Source: an archaeon | Lineage (GTDB): Archaea > Micrarchaeota > Micrarchaeia > Anstonellales > Bilamarchaeaceae | DNA: 37,730 nucleotides | Direction: 5' to 3' | Assembly: GCA_020052735.1 (NCBI GenBank) | Contig: JAGVON010000067.1 | Span: 1 to 37,730 of the forward strand | Shown here: positions 17,495-26,564 of the stretch, in pieces | Position numbering within the stretch: the stretch's first letter is position 1 | How the letters are laid out: the number at the start of each line of letters is the position of its first letter | Translations under genes and position numbers: made by a program | The notes under the pieces: generated by a model | What the model saw: the letters and a program-made list of their open reading frames with translations, nothing else | The model's database searches: none | Told to the model about the DNA's origin: nothing

Positions 17495-17830
17495 TTACAT
17501 GAACCTGGTGCCGCACACCGGGCATTTGGTATAAAGAGTGTCCATCTCATATCCGCAGATGGGGCACCTCCACACCTGCTTCTTCGCGCGGGCAATTTCG
17601 GCCTCAAAATCATAGTCCCCTTTCACGCATTTCTTGGCGTCCAGCTCGTTCAGCTCGCCGCACTTGGGGCATTTCTTCCTGAACATGGACTTTATGCGCA
17701 CCCCGCAGGAGGGGCAGCGCTCCATGTCCAGCGTGACCTTTGCGCCGCAGGAGGGGCACTTGTAGTCCTTGTCCGCAAGCGTGGATTTCTTCTTTGAAAG
17801 CCCCTGCGTTATCGCGTCTAATAATCCCAT
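17495..17830 (-). CDS. Multiple (double) zinc-ribbon protein
   Basis: Motifs CPSCG x2, CPKCG, CVKG, CPICG and CPVCG. Confidence 0.8.
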   Translation of the reverse strand: MGLLDAITQGLSKKKSTLADKDYKCPSCGAKVTLDMERCPSCGVRIKSMFRKKCPKCGELNELDAKKCVKGDYDFEAEIARAKKQVWRCPICGYEMDTLYTKCPVCGTRFM

Positions 17831-18837
17831 CTATACACCACGAGGGCGAGCGGAAGGAGGGCTGCGAGCACGAATGTGGACGGGCAGAAGGGCTTGGAGC
17901 CGTTTGTGCCGGTGTTCCCGGCCCCGGGGGAATCCGTTCCCGTGCCTGTATCCACTGTGACCGGGACCTCTCCTGCCTCAACATCCTCAACCTGCGCCCC
18001 GAGGCACTGGGAGGACATCGCGCTGTTGAGCGCGGCAAGGCTCGGCTCGTAGTTGCCGCCGCGGACCGCGGTCTTGAGCGCGGCTATCTGCGTGGCGACG
18101 TTGCCGGAGTTGCACACGCGGGAGTTTGCGAGGTCCTCCGCGTTCTTTATCTCCGCAAGCGCGGCTGTGCACGCTGGCGCGTCCTCATTTATGGAACGGA
18201 CGGTGTTTATCGCGCCCTCAACGAGCATCCTTGCGCCGTCCACCTGGCAGTCCGTGAGCAGGGCCGCGGATTCCCCCTCAATCCCTATGAGGGAGTCCCT
18301 GTCCGCCTTAAGCTTGCAACAGGTTGAGCCGCCGGGGCCGCAGAGGGAGAGCGGCTGCACCGAGGCGTACTCCTCAAGGAAAACCTCGGTCTTGTTCGCG
18401 ACTATGAGCTCCTTCGCGGTCGGGAAATGGTTGAGCGGGACTTCAAAGATGGCCTCGTAGGTGGTTGCGCCCTGCGCCATCGTCACCTTCGCTATCTCAA
18501 GGGATTCCACCTCCTCGCCCCTGCCTCCCAGGTAGATCGGGATGCGCACGTTGCACGTCTTGCCGAACTCAAGGACCGGGCACTCCGTATCAACCAGCGC
18601 CCACTCGCCGCTCGTGAAATTCTTGTAATAGAAATATGCGATTGTGCGCTCGCCGAACGGGTTGTTCACCCATATCCCGAGCGTCACGTACTCCGGGCCG
18701 TCCCCGCCCGCGTCGCAGTTATGGACGATGACGTCCGTGGACACGGCCTGGGAGTTTATCGTGCTGAGCTCGGGCTCAAAATCCTCCGAAAAAACAAAAC
18801 CTGAAACCAATAGCAACGCCAATAGGACGGCTTTCAT
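17818..18837 (-). CDS. Secreted acidic Cys-containing protein with a C-terminal membrane anchor
   Basis: Signal peptide, beta-rich then helical domain, G/T-rich linker, and tail FCPSTFVLAALLPLALVVYR resembling a Cys-led C-terminal sorting signal. Confidence 0.75.
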   Translation of the reverse strand: MKAVLLALLLVSGFVFSEDFEPELSTINSQAVSTDVIVHNCDAGGDGPEYVTLGIWVNNPFGERTIAYFYYKNFTSGEWALVDTECPVLEFGKTCNVRIPIYLGGRGEEVESLEIAKVTMAQGATTYEAIFEVPLNHFPTAKELIVANKTEVFLEEYASVQPLSLCGPGGSTCCKLKADRDSLIGIEGESAALLTDCQVDGARMLVEGAINTVRSINEDAPACTAALAEIKNAEDLANSRVCNSGNVATQIAALKTAVRGGNYEPSLAALNSAMSSQCLGAQVEDVEAGEVPVTVDTGTGTDSPGAGNTGTNGSKPFCPSTFVLAALLPLALVVYRWDY

Positions 18838-18856
18838 GATGGGGATTTGCAGGAAG

Positions 18857-18866
18857 TATTTATATA
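18857..18866. promoter_or_regulatory. Putative shared TATA box for the divergent genes starting at 18837(-) and 18888(+)
   Basis: TATTTATATA in a 50-bp divergent spacer, about 20-30 nt from both ATGs, consistent with leaderless archaeal promoters. Confidence 0.55.
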
Positions 18867-18887
18867 CTTTACAGAAGAGTGGAAAAG

Positions 18888-20171
18888 ATGCGGGGTTGGC
18901 TGTTCGCGTTCGTACTGCTTGGGCTAGCCTTCGCTGCTGCCCCCGAAGTGCACCTGCCTAACCTGGACCCGTTTGAGAACCCGCTGCTCATCGGGGCGAT
19001 GATTCTTCTGGCGGTCTCGTTTTCCGCGCTGGCATACGCCGTGTCCACCGCCATACAAAACCCCTCCGCAATCGCCTGGAGCAAGGACATGGTGAGGGAA
19101 ACCATAGCGGGCGTGATAATAGTCGCAATAGTGTATGGGGCTGCGGTCACCGCGAACGGGATGATAGTGGGCATGACCGGGTACGGAAGCCTTACCGAAG
19201 TGGGCTCGGGGCCGACCGAACTCGGCTCGGCCGCCCTTGACCCGCTTCTTGGGGACCTGGAGATGGTCTACGGGAAGGTCGCAGAGGCGTATTTCTCCGT
19301 GGCGGTGCAGCAGGGCACCTCCATGAGCGTCACGTTCTCCGTGCCCCCTGTAAAATTCTTCTTCCTGCAGCCGGCGATATATTACGCGAGGGACATGATG
19401 CCGTATTACGGGATGGCGCCCATGCTGCAGTCGCTAACCCAGAGCTCCTACCAGCTCACGATACAGATGCTGAGCCTGAAGATGGTGAAGGTTTTCCTGG
19501 TGTATATCGGCGCGGTGGTGCCCGGCTTCCTGCTCCCGCTCGGCTTCGTGTTCAGGATTTTCCCGCTCACCAAGAAGGCGGGCGACACGCTGATAGCCCT
19601 GAGCCTCGGGGGCCTGTTCATGCTGCCGGCGTCCCTCATAGTGGTCAAGGAGATGCGGGACCTGGCCGGCTTCGGGAACGCGGGGAGCGCGGTCGGCTTC
19701 GTGAGGACCGAGAAATTCTACGATAACGTGGAGCCGACGCTGTTCTCGCAGCAAAGCGCGGCGCTGGTCAGCGGGCTGTGCCAGAACACCGCGGTAAAAG
19801 TGATATTCGGGTTCGGGGAGATGTTCTGGGGGATCCTCTACGCGCTCATAATGCTGCTGATGCAGAACTATGATTTCTTCGGGAATTTCAACACCTTCGT
19901 GAGCCAGATATGGCCATGGATAATATACGCGCTGCAGATGCTTTATGCGACCGTGCTCACCGCGATAGCGGAAAGCGCCGACTCGGGGGCCATGTATGAC
20001 CGGACGATACAGCCCATAGTGCAGTACCTGTTCCCTGCGGTCAGCGAGATAACCGCCTTCTCCATCATTTCCATAATCATGATCGCGGTGATAACATACG
20101 GCGGGACAAGGGCGGTCTCAACCGCGCTGGGCGGCGAGTACTCATTCGCCGGCATAACGAGGATGGTATGA
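18888..20171 (+). CDS. Polytopic membrane protein, paralog 1 of 6
   Basis: Signal peptide; LAYAVSTAIQNPSAIAWSKD; LPLGFVFRIFPLTKKAGDTLIAL; C-terminal LGGEYSFAGITRMV. Confidence 0.85.
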   Translation: MRGWLFAFVLLGLAFAAAPEVHLPNLDPFENPLLIGAMILLAVSFSALAYAVSTAIQNPSAIAWSKDMVRETIAGVIIVAIVYGAAVTANGMIVGMTGYGSLTEVGSGPTELGSAALDPLLGDLEMVYGKVAEAYFSVAVQQGTSMSVTFSVPPVKFFFLQPAIYYARDMMPYYGMAPMLQSLTQSSYQLTIQMLSLKMVKVFLVYIGAVVPGFLLPLGFVFRIFPLTKKAGDTLIALSLGGLFMLPASLIVVKEMRDLAGFGNAGSAVGFVRTEKFYDNVEPTLFSQQSAALVSGLCQNTAVKVIFGFGEMFWGILYALIMLLMQNYDFFGNFNTFVSQIWPWIIYALQMLYATVLTAIAESADSGAMYDRTIQPIVQYLFPAVSEITAFSIISIIMIAVITYGGTRAVSTALGGEYSFAGITRMV

Positions 20172-21049
20172 TGAGGGGAATTGCGATTATCATGGCTCTC
20201 GTCTCCTTTTCCTCGGCCGGCTGCGGCATAATGGACACGGACGCCAACGTGGCGTTCACGCAGGCGCTCCCGATCATAGGCGCGGCGATCGCGCTTTCCA
20301 TCGCAGTGGCGGCGCTCGCCTACATGGCGGGCAGTTTCATGAGGAACCCCAACCTGCTCGTTTTCAGCAAGGACCAGATATTCCACACGTTCGTTTCTGT
20401 GCTCCTTGTTATCTCAATAGAGGGGATATTCTATGGGACGTGCATGTTCGCCAGCAGCGCGGCCGGCAGCGACCTGCAGTCCGCTTCCCTCAATTACATG
20501 CGGGAACTGCGGGTGGACGGCGGCCAGATGCTCGCCCAGATAATGAAACGCTCAATTGAGTATAAGTTTGAGGCAGCGTATTATACGGCATACCAGGTCC
20601 CGTACATGGGAGGGGAGGCCTATTGGTGGGAGGCATACAACAACGCATACGCCCGCAACCTGGAGATGCTGTTTGACTTCGTGATGGTGGGGTATGTCAG
20701 CGCGGGCGTGCAGTACAACCTCCTCGGGATGCTGCCGCAGATTGCGCTGGGCGTGATGGTGCCGATGGGGCTCCTGCTGCGCTGCATCCCTAAGGCGAGG
20801 GAGGCGGGAAACATGGTGATGGCGCTCGCCCTTGCGCTTTATGTCGTGATTCCGTTCTGCTACGCGGTCGCATCAACCATGAGGGAGACGGAGGTGCCGT
20901 GGTTCACCGGAGCGCCTGACGACACGGGCATCTCTTTTGAGGACGCGGGGCTGTACCTGTTCCAGACAATATTCCTGCCGAACCTCGCCTTGGTCGTGTT
21001 CGCGACCGCGGTGGGCGGGCTGATGAAGGTGGCTAAGGTGATACCATGA
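20168..21049 (+). CDS. Polytopic membrane protein, paralog 2 of 6
   Basis: LAYMAGSFMRNPNLLVFSKD; VPMGLLLRCIPKAREAGNMVMALALALYVVIP. ATGA overlap with paralog 1. Confidence 0.85.
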   Translation: MMRGIAIIMALVSFSSAGCGIMDTDANVAFTQALPIIGAAIALSIAVAALAYMAGSFMRNPNLLVFSKDQIFHTFVSVLLVISIEGIFYGTCMFASSAAGSDLQSASLNYMRELRVDGGQMLAQIMKRSIEYKFEAAYYTAYQVPYMGGEAYWWEAYNNAYARNLEMLFDFVMVGYVSAGVQYNLLGMLPQIALGVMVPMGLLLRCIPKAREAGNMVMALALALYVVIPFCYAVASTMRETEVPWFTGAPDDTGISFEDAGLYLFQTIFLPNLALVVFATAVGGLMKVAKVIP

Positions 21050-23337
21050 GGGCTGCACGCATATTCCTGCTCACATTCGCATTCCTCCTTGCCGCGGCCT
21101 TCGCGCAGGGCAGCGCGGGGGAGATACTCGCAGGCGTGCAGGAGCAGCCCGGGCTGCTCGGCAGCATAGCAAAGGACTGGCAGGTCTATACTGTGGCAGT
21201 GATGCTGCTGATGGCGGGGCTTGTGGCGCTCGCGTATGCGATAGCGAACTCGTTCTCGCTGCCCGACCTGAGGGCATGGGCGGACGTGGAGCTGGGGGAG
21301 ATATTCGCCAGCGCGCTCCTGCTGATGTTCATAATAGGGATAATATCGTTCATAGACGTGAGCGCCGCAGGCATACTCGGCCCGAGCTTCCCGAGCTCCT
21401 GCGAAAAGCCGGGCTTCTGCCCCGCGAACATCGCCTCGGACTACCTGGACAGCTACCTGAAGGCCGCGAATTCCGCATACAGGACAACGATGGTCAACAG
21501 CATAGACACCGCGAACGACGCGTTCGCGGGCAGCACGGTCGGCATACAGGACCTTATATACGGCTACCTCACGTACAGGTTCAGGGACAACCCCGAGAAG
21601 ATGATACAGGTGGAGATGTACGACCAGGTCCTGCAAAACCTCTCCGCAGTGCTGGCCTCGCTCGGGATGCAGAAGTTCATGCTGAAGTTCATGACATTCA
21701 GCGTAGCGCCCGTTGCGATATTCCTCGGCATTGTGCTGCGCTCTTTCTTCCTCACGCGCAAGATGGGCGGCCTCCTGCTTGCGTTCGGGCTGGGCTTCCT
21801 TGTGGTATACCCCCTCACTTATGCGCTGGCGTGGTACACGCTGGATGCGGCGATTTACGGGGCGCAGAAGGGCCCGAGCGGTACGCTGAACCCCTGCCCG
21901 AAAGTGTGCCTGCCGTTCTCCAAGGTGGTTGACCTTTCGGAAACGCCGCTCGTGGAGGTGCCCATGGAAACGGTGAGGGAGGACTTCCATGGCCAGTGCA
22001 TGGCTGAGCTGGAGAGCGACGGCATAGGCGAGACGGGCCGCTCAAACACCTGCATGGACGCATGCAGGGATGATGTGGATTCAACAGGGCGCTCGGATAG
22101 CTGCATGGACGGATGCACCGCAGGGATAGATTCCACGGGCAGGAGCGTACCGTGCATGGACGGCTGCATGGGGCAGTACTTCTTCAACTGCCAGGCAAGG
22201 TGCGCGGAACAATGCACCGAGGCGGGCTATGAGATGCCCGCGGCGGAGTTCCCGGACCCCGCGGTTGTCGCCAGGTGGGAGGAATGCATGGACCCGTGCA
22301 TGGAAGCGGAGAACTGCGACGCGACTGGGGTGGAAAGGACATCTTATTGCCAGGCAAACGAATGCCCGGTCGTGATAGGGGAGCTGGCTAGCGGGGTGGA
22401 ATACTGCCAGGCAACGGAGTGCGGCGTGCTGCCAGGATACACGGGCGAAGAAACGGCGTACTGCGAAGGGCAGTGCACCCCCCTTGAAGGGTTCGGGGGC
22501 AGCAGCGAGGAGTATTGCGACCATGAAACGGATGGGATGGTGGCACGGCTGGGGAGAACGGGCGGGGTGGCGGTGGGGAGCGGGGCGGATTACCACTCAT
22601 ACGGGTATTGCCCTGTGGACCCGTGCGGGTTCCCGATACCCTACCAGAAAAAGGAGTGCCTCGGATACACCGGAACCCCTAACATATGCAACACAAGGCC
22701 GTTCCAGCCCGACGACCCGGCATATGCGATGATGGACGCGAGCGAACTGGTGGACGGGTGCCCCGCGGAATGCAGGACGCTTGCGCCGATGGCGCCTGGC
22801 GCTGAATGCTTCAACCGGAAGAGCATACGGCAGGATGACGGGACGTACAAATACGAGCCGCTATGCCCGTCGCAATGCATGTGGATAACCACGGGCGGGG
22901 AGACGGACCGGACGTGCCCGGACGAATGCAGGGAATTCTATCCGGCACACCCGCAGGAGCTCTGGGACGCGAAGGCCTCGGACCAGACCTGCGTGTACAT
23001 AATACCTGATGTTGTTTTTGACGAGCCGGACACGTGCTCGCAGTGCGCGTTCGTTGCGGAGAAGGGGCTCACGATGGAGCCCGCGATGATATGGGACTGC
23101 ACCGCGTTCTGCGGCGCACCGAGTTCAACGGTGATGGGGCAGGACCCGGCCACGATGACGAACAACATAGGCGGGATGCAGGGGCCGACTGATGTCATAG
23201 CGGTGAGCAAGCTGATGGTGCCTGCCTTCGTGCTCCCGATTTTCTGCCTTGCGGTGACGCTGATGTTCGTGATGTCGCTTTCGCCCATGCTTGGCGGCGA
23301 CATAGACATACCTGGGATGATGAGGATGATGCAATGA
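21046..23337 (+). CDS. Polytopic membrane protein, paralog 3 of 6, with a large Cys-rich repeat insertion
   Basis: LAYAIANSFSLPDLRAWADVE; LGIVLRSFFLTRKMGGLLLAFGLGFLVVYP; a ~430-aa Cys-rich loop; C-terminal LGGDIDIPGMMRMM. Confidence 0.85.
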   Translation: MRAARIFLLTFAFLLAAAFAQGSAGEILAGVQEQPGLLGSIAKDWQVYTVAVMLLMAGLVALAYAIANSFSLPDLRAWADVELGEIFASALLLMFIIGIISFIDVSAAGILGPSFPSSCEKPGFCPANIASDYLDSYLKAANSAYRTTMVNSIDTANDAFAGSTVGIQDLIYGYLTYRFRDNPEKMIQVEMYDQVLQNLSAVLASLGMQKFMLKFMTFSVAPVAIFLGIVLRSFFLTRKMGGLLLAFGLGFLVVYPLTYALAWYTLDAAIYGAQKGPSGTLNPCPKVCLPFSKVVDLSETPLVEVPMETVREDFHGQCMAELESDGIGETGRSNTCMDACRDDVDSTGRSDSCMDGCTAGIDSTGRSVPCMDGCMGQYFFNCQARCAEQCTEAGYEMPAAEFPDPAVVARWEECMDPCMEAENCDATGVERTSYCQANECPVVIGELASGVEYCQATECGVLPGYTGEETAYCEGQCTPLEGFGGSSEEYCDHETDGMVARLGRTGGVAVGSGADYHSYGYCPVDPCGFPIPYQKKECLGYTGTPNICNTRPFQPDDPAYAMMDASELVDGCPAECRTLAPMAPGAECFNRKSIRQDDGTYKYEPLCPSQCMWITTGGETDRTCPDECREFYPAHPQELWDAKASDQTCVYIIPDVVFDEPDTCSQCAFVAEKGLTMEPAMIWDCTAFCGAPSSTVMGQDPATMTNNIGGMQGPTDVIAVSKLMVPAFVLPIFCLAVTLMFVMSLSPMLGGDIDIPGMMRMMQ
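22021..22170 (+). repeat. Three degenerate 51-bp (17-aa) intragenic tandem repeats
   Basis: TGCATGGAC at 22051, 22102 and 22153. Peptides TGRSNTCMDAC / TGRSDSCMDGC / TGRSVPCMDGC. Confidence 0.85.
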
Positions 23338-24404
23338 GGCAAACTGGACGGCTGTTGCTGTTGCTGGCGCTCCTTTCGCTCTCCTTCGCGGCCGGCGAGT
23401 CCCCGGACTGGGTTCCAATTGCGCTGCTCGCCGCCTTCACCGGGCTCGGCGTGCTTGTGATATTCTACCTCATCAGCTATGTTGTTGAGGCGGACCAGAT
23501 GAGGTCCATGGCCATTTCCGAGATGTGGCAGGTCGTCATAACCGCGGTGATGATCGCAGGGTTGATCGGGGCGCAGGCGCTGGCCACGGAGTTCGGCGCG
23601 GGGATGGCAGGCGATTTCGGCGCAGAGCCTGGCGACACGCAGCTGGATTTCGCAGTGAAGGTCACCCAGGCGACCGTTGAGTACCAGTGGGGCACCCTGA
23701 TGGATTATACAAACAATGTAGTGCTGCCGATGGGCGACCTCGCGTCCCTCTCCGGGAACTGCTGGCTGTTCGGGGTGGCATTCACATATTCAGGATGCGC
23801 GAGCATAAACGTGCCCTTCTCCTCAGCGTCCCTCGCGGCGAGGACCATGGCGATGGCGATACTGGCGCTGAACTCGCAGCTGGTGCTTCTGAAATTGGCG
23901 GGCAGCTTCTTCTTCCCGGTGCTGCTGCCGGTGGGGCTGTTCATGCGCACTTTCCACGTTACTAGGGGCACCGGGGGCTTCCTCATCGCGTTCGCCGTGG
24001 CGTTTTATTTCGTTTATCCCCTTGCAACGGTGCTCACGAAAGGGATGGCGGACATGGTCCCCCTCTCCTCAACCGGCGCCTCCTACCCTGGCATAGACCA
24101 GGTGTACGCGGACGAGACATGGGAATTCAGCAACGTTTACACATTCACGGTGCCGGCGGAATGCGACCCGTTCAAGACGTATGATTACCCGGAGACGGAC
24201 GAGTTTGAGGGATTCGGATACACGCAGAACCAGGTGAACAACCTGCTGAACGAAAACCTGATGGACCCGCTGCTGTTCATCTTCATGATAGAAGGGATAT
24301 TCAGCCCCGCGCTGAGCGTGCTGATTACGCTAGCGGTGCTGCGGCCCCTGACAAGGGCATTCGGGACCGAGGTTGACGTTTCGGCCCTAGGGAGGGTGTC
24401 TTAG
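23334..24404 (+). CDS. Polytopic membrane protein, paralog 4 of 6
   Basis: IFYLISYVVEADQMRSMAISE; LPVGLFMRTFHVTRGTGGFLIAFAVAFYFVYP; C-terminal FGTEVDVSALGRV. Confidence 0.85.
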   Translation: MRQTGRLLLLLALLSLSFAAGESPDWVPIALLAAFTGLGVLVIFYLISYVVEADQMRSMAISEMWQVVITAVMIAGLIGAQALATEFGAGMAGDFGAEPGDTQLDFAVKVTQATVEYQWGTLMDYTNNVVLPMGDLASLSGNCWLFGVAFTYSGCASINVPFSSASLAARTMAMAILALNSQLVLLKLAGSFFFPVLLPVGLFMRTFHVTRGTGGFLIAFAVAFYFVYPLATVLTKGMADMVPLSSTGASYPGIDQVYADETWEFSNVYTFTVPAECDPFKTYDYPETDEFEGFGYTQNQVNNLLNENLMDPLLFIFMIEGIFSPALSVLITLAVLRPLTRAFGTEVDVSALGRVS

Positions 24405-25556
24405 ATGGTGTGCGCGGACATAAGCTGGCTGTATTCCCTTTCCGTGCTTTCGCTTGGGGTCACCCTAGTGGTCCTGGGCTTGGCGTACGCGCTGGGGCAG
24501 CTCCTCAGCAACCCCCAGTTCAACGTATGGGCAAAGACGGAGATGTTCCAGGTGTTCATTTCGTTCTTCCTGGTCCTGCTCGTGCTCTTCATGAGCGGCT
24601 CAATGTGCCACTTTAAGTATGCGGACCTTGCCGGGCTGGGCCCGGCAAGCAGCAACCCGCTGGACCTCTCCGCAAACCAGTACGCATACACGCATCCGGA
24701 AATCCTCCCGGAGGACAATATGATAAATGCGTCTGGGAAATACCTCGCGAACGTAGCGTATTTCATAAACACCGAAATGAGGGCGGCACGCGCCCTGTAC
24801 GGGATTTCGGACGAGGCGTCAAGGTATTCGCGCACCCCGTGCATGCCTGCCGCGACATTCTGCCTGTACGGGACCAGCGGATACACCGTGAGGCCGTACT
24901 CCGGGCTGAGCAGCTGGTCGCAGATACTCGGGTTCTCGCTCTACACCGACACCGCCTCATACCTGACCGTCCTCATACAGATGGCTCTGCTCGCGTTCAT
25001 ATCCGGGGGAGGGATAATGGCGTACCTGCCGCTTGCGATAATACTGCGCTCGCTCCCGTTCATGAGGCAGCTCGGGGGCGGATTGCTGGCGATATGCATA
25101 GCCCTGTTCATCATCTACCCTGCGCTGCTCACCGTGGAGTCCCTGTTCTGGAACCCATACCAGATGATTGGGGACGGCTGGGGCACGCTTGTGGATGCGG
25201 CGAACAGCATGGGCAGGGGATTCTCGTATGTGAGCGCGGGGGCGTATGCGGAGACCATGGCCGCGGCGCTTCTCCTGGCGGGCGCTCTTCTGGACCTGGC
25301 CGCGATAATAGCCGTGGCTGTTTCGGCTGGGTTTGTGAGCGCGGTGCTCGCGATAGTAAGCGCGGCGGGCGGCCAGTGGACGCTGGACACGTTCAATGCG
25401 GCGGTGCAGGTGAGCATGCAGGCGTCTTCCATATCCTTCTTAAGCGCGACGTTCCTCCTTTCGCTGAACATAATAGCCATAGGCGCGTCCGCACGGGAGA
25501 TTGGAAGGCTGTTGGGGCAGGAAGTAGACCTGAGCAGGCTTATGCAGGTGTTGTGA
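24405..25556 (+). CDS. Polytopic membrane protein, paralog 5 of 6
   Basis: LAYALGQLLSNPQFNVWAKTE; LPLAIILRSLPFMRQLGGGLLAICIALFIIYP; C-terminal LGQEVDLSRLMQV. Confidence 0.85.
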   Translation: MVCADISWLYSLSVLSLGVTLVVLGLAYALGQLLSNPQFNVWAKTEMFQVFISFFLVLLVLFMSGSMCHFKYADLAGLGPASSNPLDLSANQYAYTHPEILPEDNMINASGKYLANVAYFINTEMRAARALYGISDEASRYSRTPCMPAATFCLYGTSGYTVRPYSGLSSWSQILGFSLYTDTASYLTVLIQMALLAFISGGGIMAYLPLAIILRSLPFMRQLGGGLLAICIALFIIYPALLTVESLFWNPYQMIGDGWGTLVDAANSMGRGFSYVSAGAYAETMAAALLLAGALLDLAAIIAVAVSAGFVSAVLAIVSAAGGQWTLDTFNAAVQVSMQASSISFLSATFLLSLNIIAIGASAREIGRLLGQEVDLSRLMQVL

Positions 25557-26564
25557 ATGGCTGCGGAGGATTTGTTCCACTGGGCGTTTGCGGGCTGGGG
25601 AGCCGGCGGGTTCTGGTTCGTAAACTGCATACTTGCGATACTCATAACCGCGGTGGTGATGGGGACCATCTACATAATCTCATACGCCTTCAACATGGGC
25701 GGGCTGAAAAGGTTCGCGGTGTCGGAGTTCTACCAGCTTGCGGCGACGGCGGTGCTGGTCATTTTCCTGGTCGTGATAGTTGAGAACGGGCAGGAGTTTT
25801 TCCTTTCCAGGTACCCCGGCGGGATAATCTGCCAGGGCGCGGTGGTGCACAACACCGTGGAGGCTGCGATGTGCCGCACCGAGGAGCGGCTCACGTATTT
25901 CAGCAACGCGTTCAATAGCATACGGGACAGCAGCGACCTCGCGGACAAGGAGCTCAGGTACTATTCATCCATGTCGCTGTTCGGCATAATATTCTGGCAG
26001 GGGAACTTTGACGCCAGCCTGCACAAGTACGTGGAGACGCAGCACGCGATAGCGTACAAGCTGGTTTCGCTGATGATTTCGCTCAACAGCCAGGTTTTCG
26101 TGCTTAAATACATATTGGAGAACATGCTGGTGTTCTTCCTTCCGCTTGGGATAGTGCTCAGGACCCTGCATTTCACGCGCGGCATAGGCGGTTTCTTCAT
26201 CGCGCTCGCGGTTTCCTTGTATTTCATCTATCCGGGCATGCTCTTCATAATGGACGCGTCATACGGCCCCGCCGCGCCGGAGATGCCGTCCTCAATATCA
26301 AACCGCGCGGACTTCTGCAACATACCTATATTCTCGGGGATGTCGCTGGGGGCGGCCACGCCAGAGGGGCAGAGCACGAGGAGCGCGGCGTCAATATCCG
26401 TAAGCACCTCCAACCTTGCGTCGTTCATGTCGCAGGTTTTCGTGAAGCTGTTTTACGACAATATGGTTGCGCTTTCAATAGCGGTCGTGGCAATGAGGTA
26501 CATGACCATGCTGCTCGGTGGGGACAGCAGCGTGTTCCTGCAGATGATGGGGAGGTGGGTGTGA
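25557..26564 (+). CDS. Polytopic membrane protein, paralog 6 of 6
   Basis: TIYIISYAFNMGGLKRFAVSE; LPLGIVLRTLHFTRGIGGFFIALAVSLYFIYP; C-terminal LGGDSSVFLQMMGRWV. Confidence 0.85.
   Translation: MAAEDLFHWAFAGWGAGGFWFVNCILAILITAVVMGTIYIISYAFNMGGLKRFAVSEFYQLAATAVLVIFLVVIVENGQEFFLSRYPGGIICQGAVVHNTVEAAMCRTEERLTYFSNAFNSIRDSSDLADKELRYYSSMSLFGIIFWQGNFDASLHKYVETQHAIAYKLVSLMISLNSQVFVLKYILENMLVFFLPLGIVLRTLHFTRGIGGFFIALAVSLYFIYPGMLFIMDASYGPAAPEMPSSISNRADFCNIPIFSGMSLGAATPEGQSTRSAASISVSTSNLASFMSQVFVKLFYDNMVALSIAVVAMRYMTMLLGGDSSVFLQMMGRWV

Noticed and set aside
17434..17613. N-terminal 60-aa extension of the GNAT-like ORF in the ORF track
   Set aside because: It overlaps the Zn-ribbon gene in another frame and crosses an AT-rich promoter-like spacer. 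ATG 17433 is more plausible.
22021..22530. Periodic repeats considered as a CRISPR array
   Set aside because: They are degenerate, in-frame coding repeats without identical direct repeats or unique spacers. No cas genes are present.
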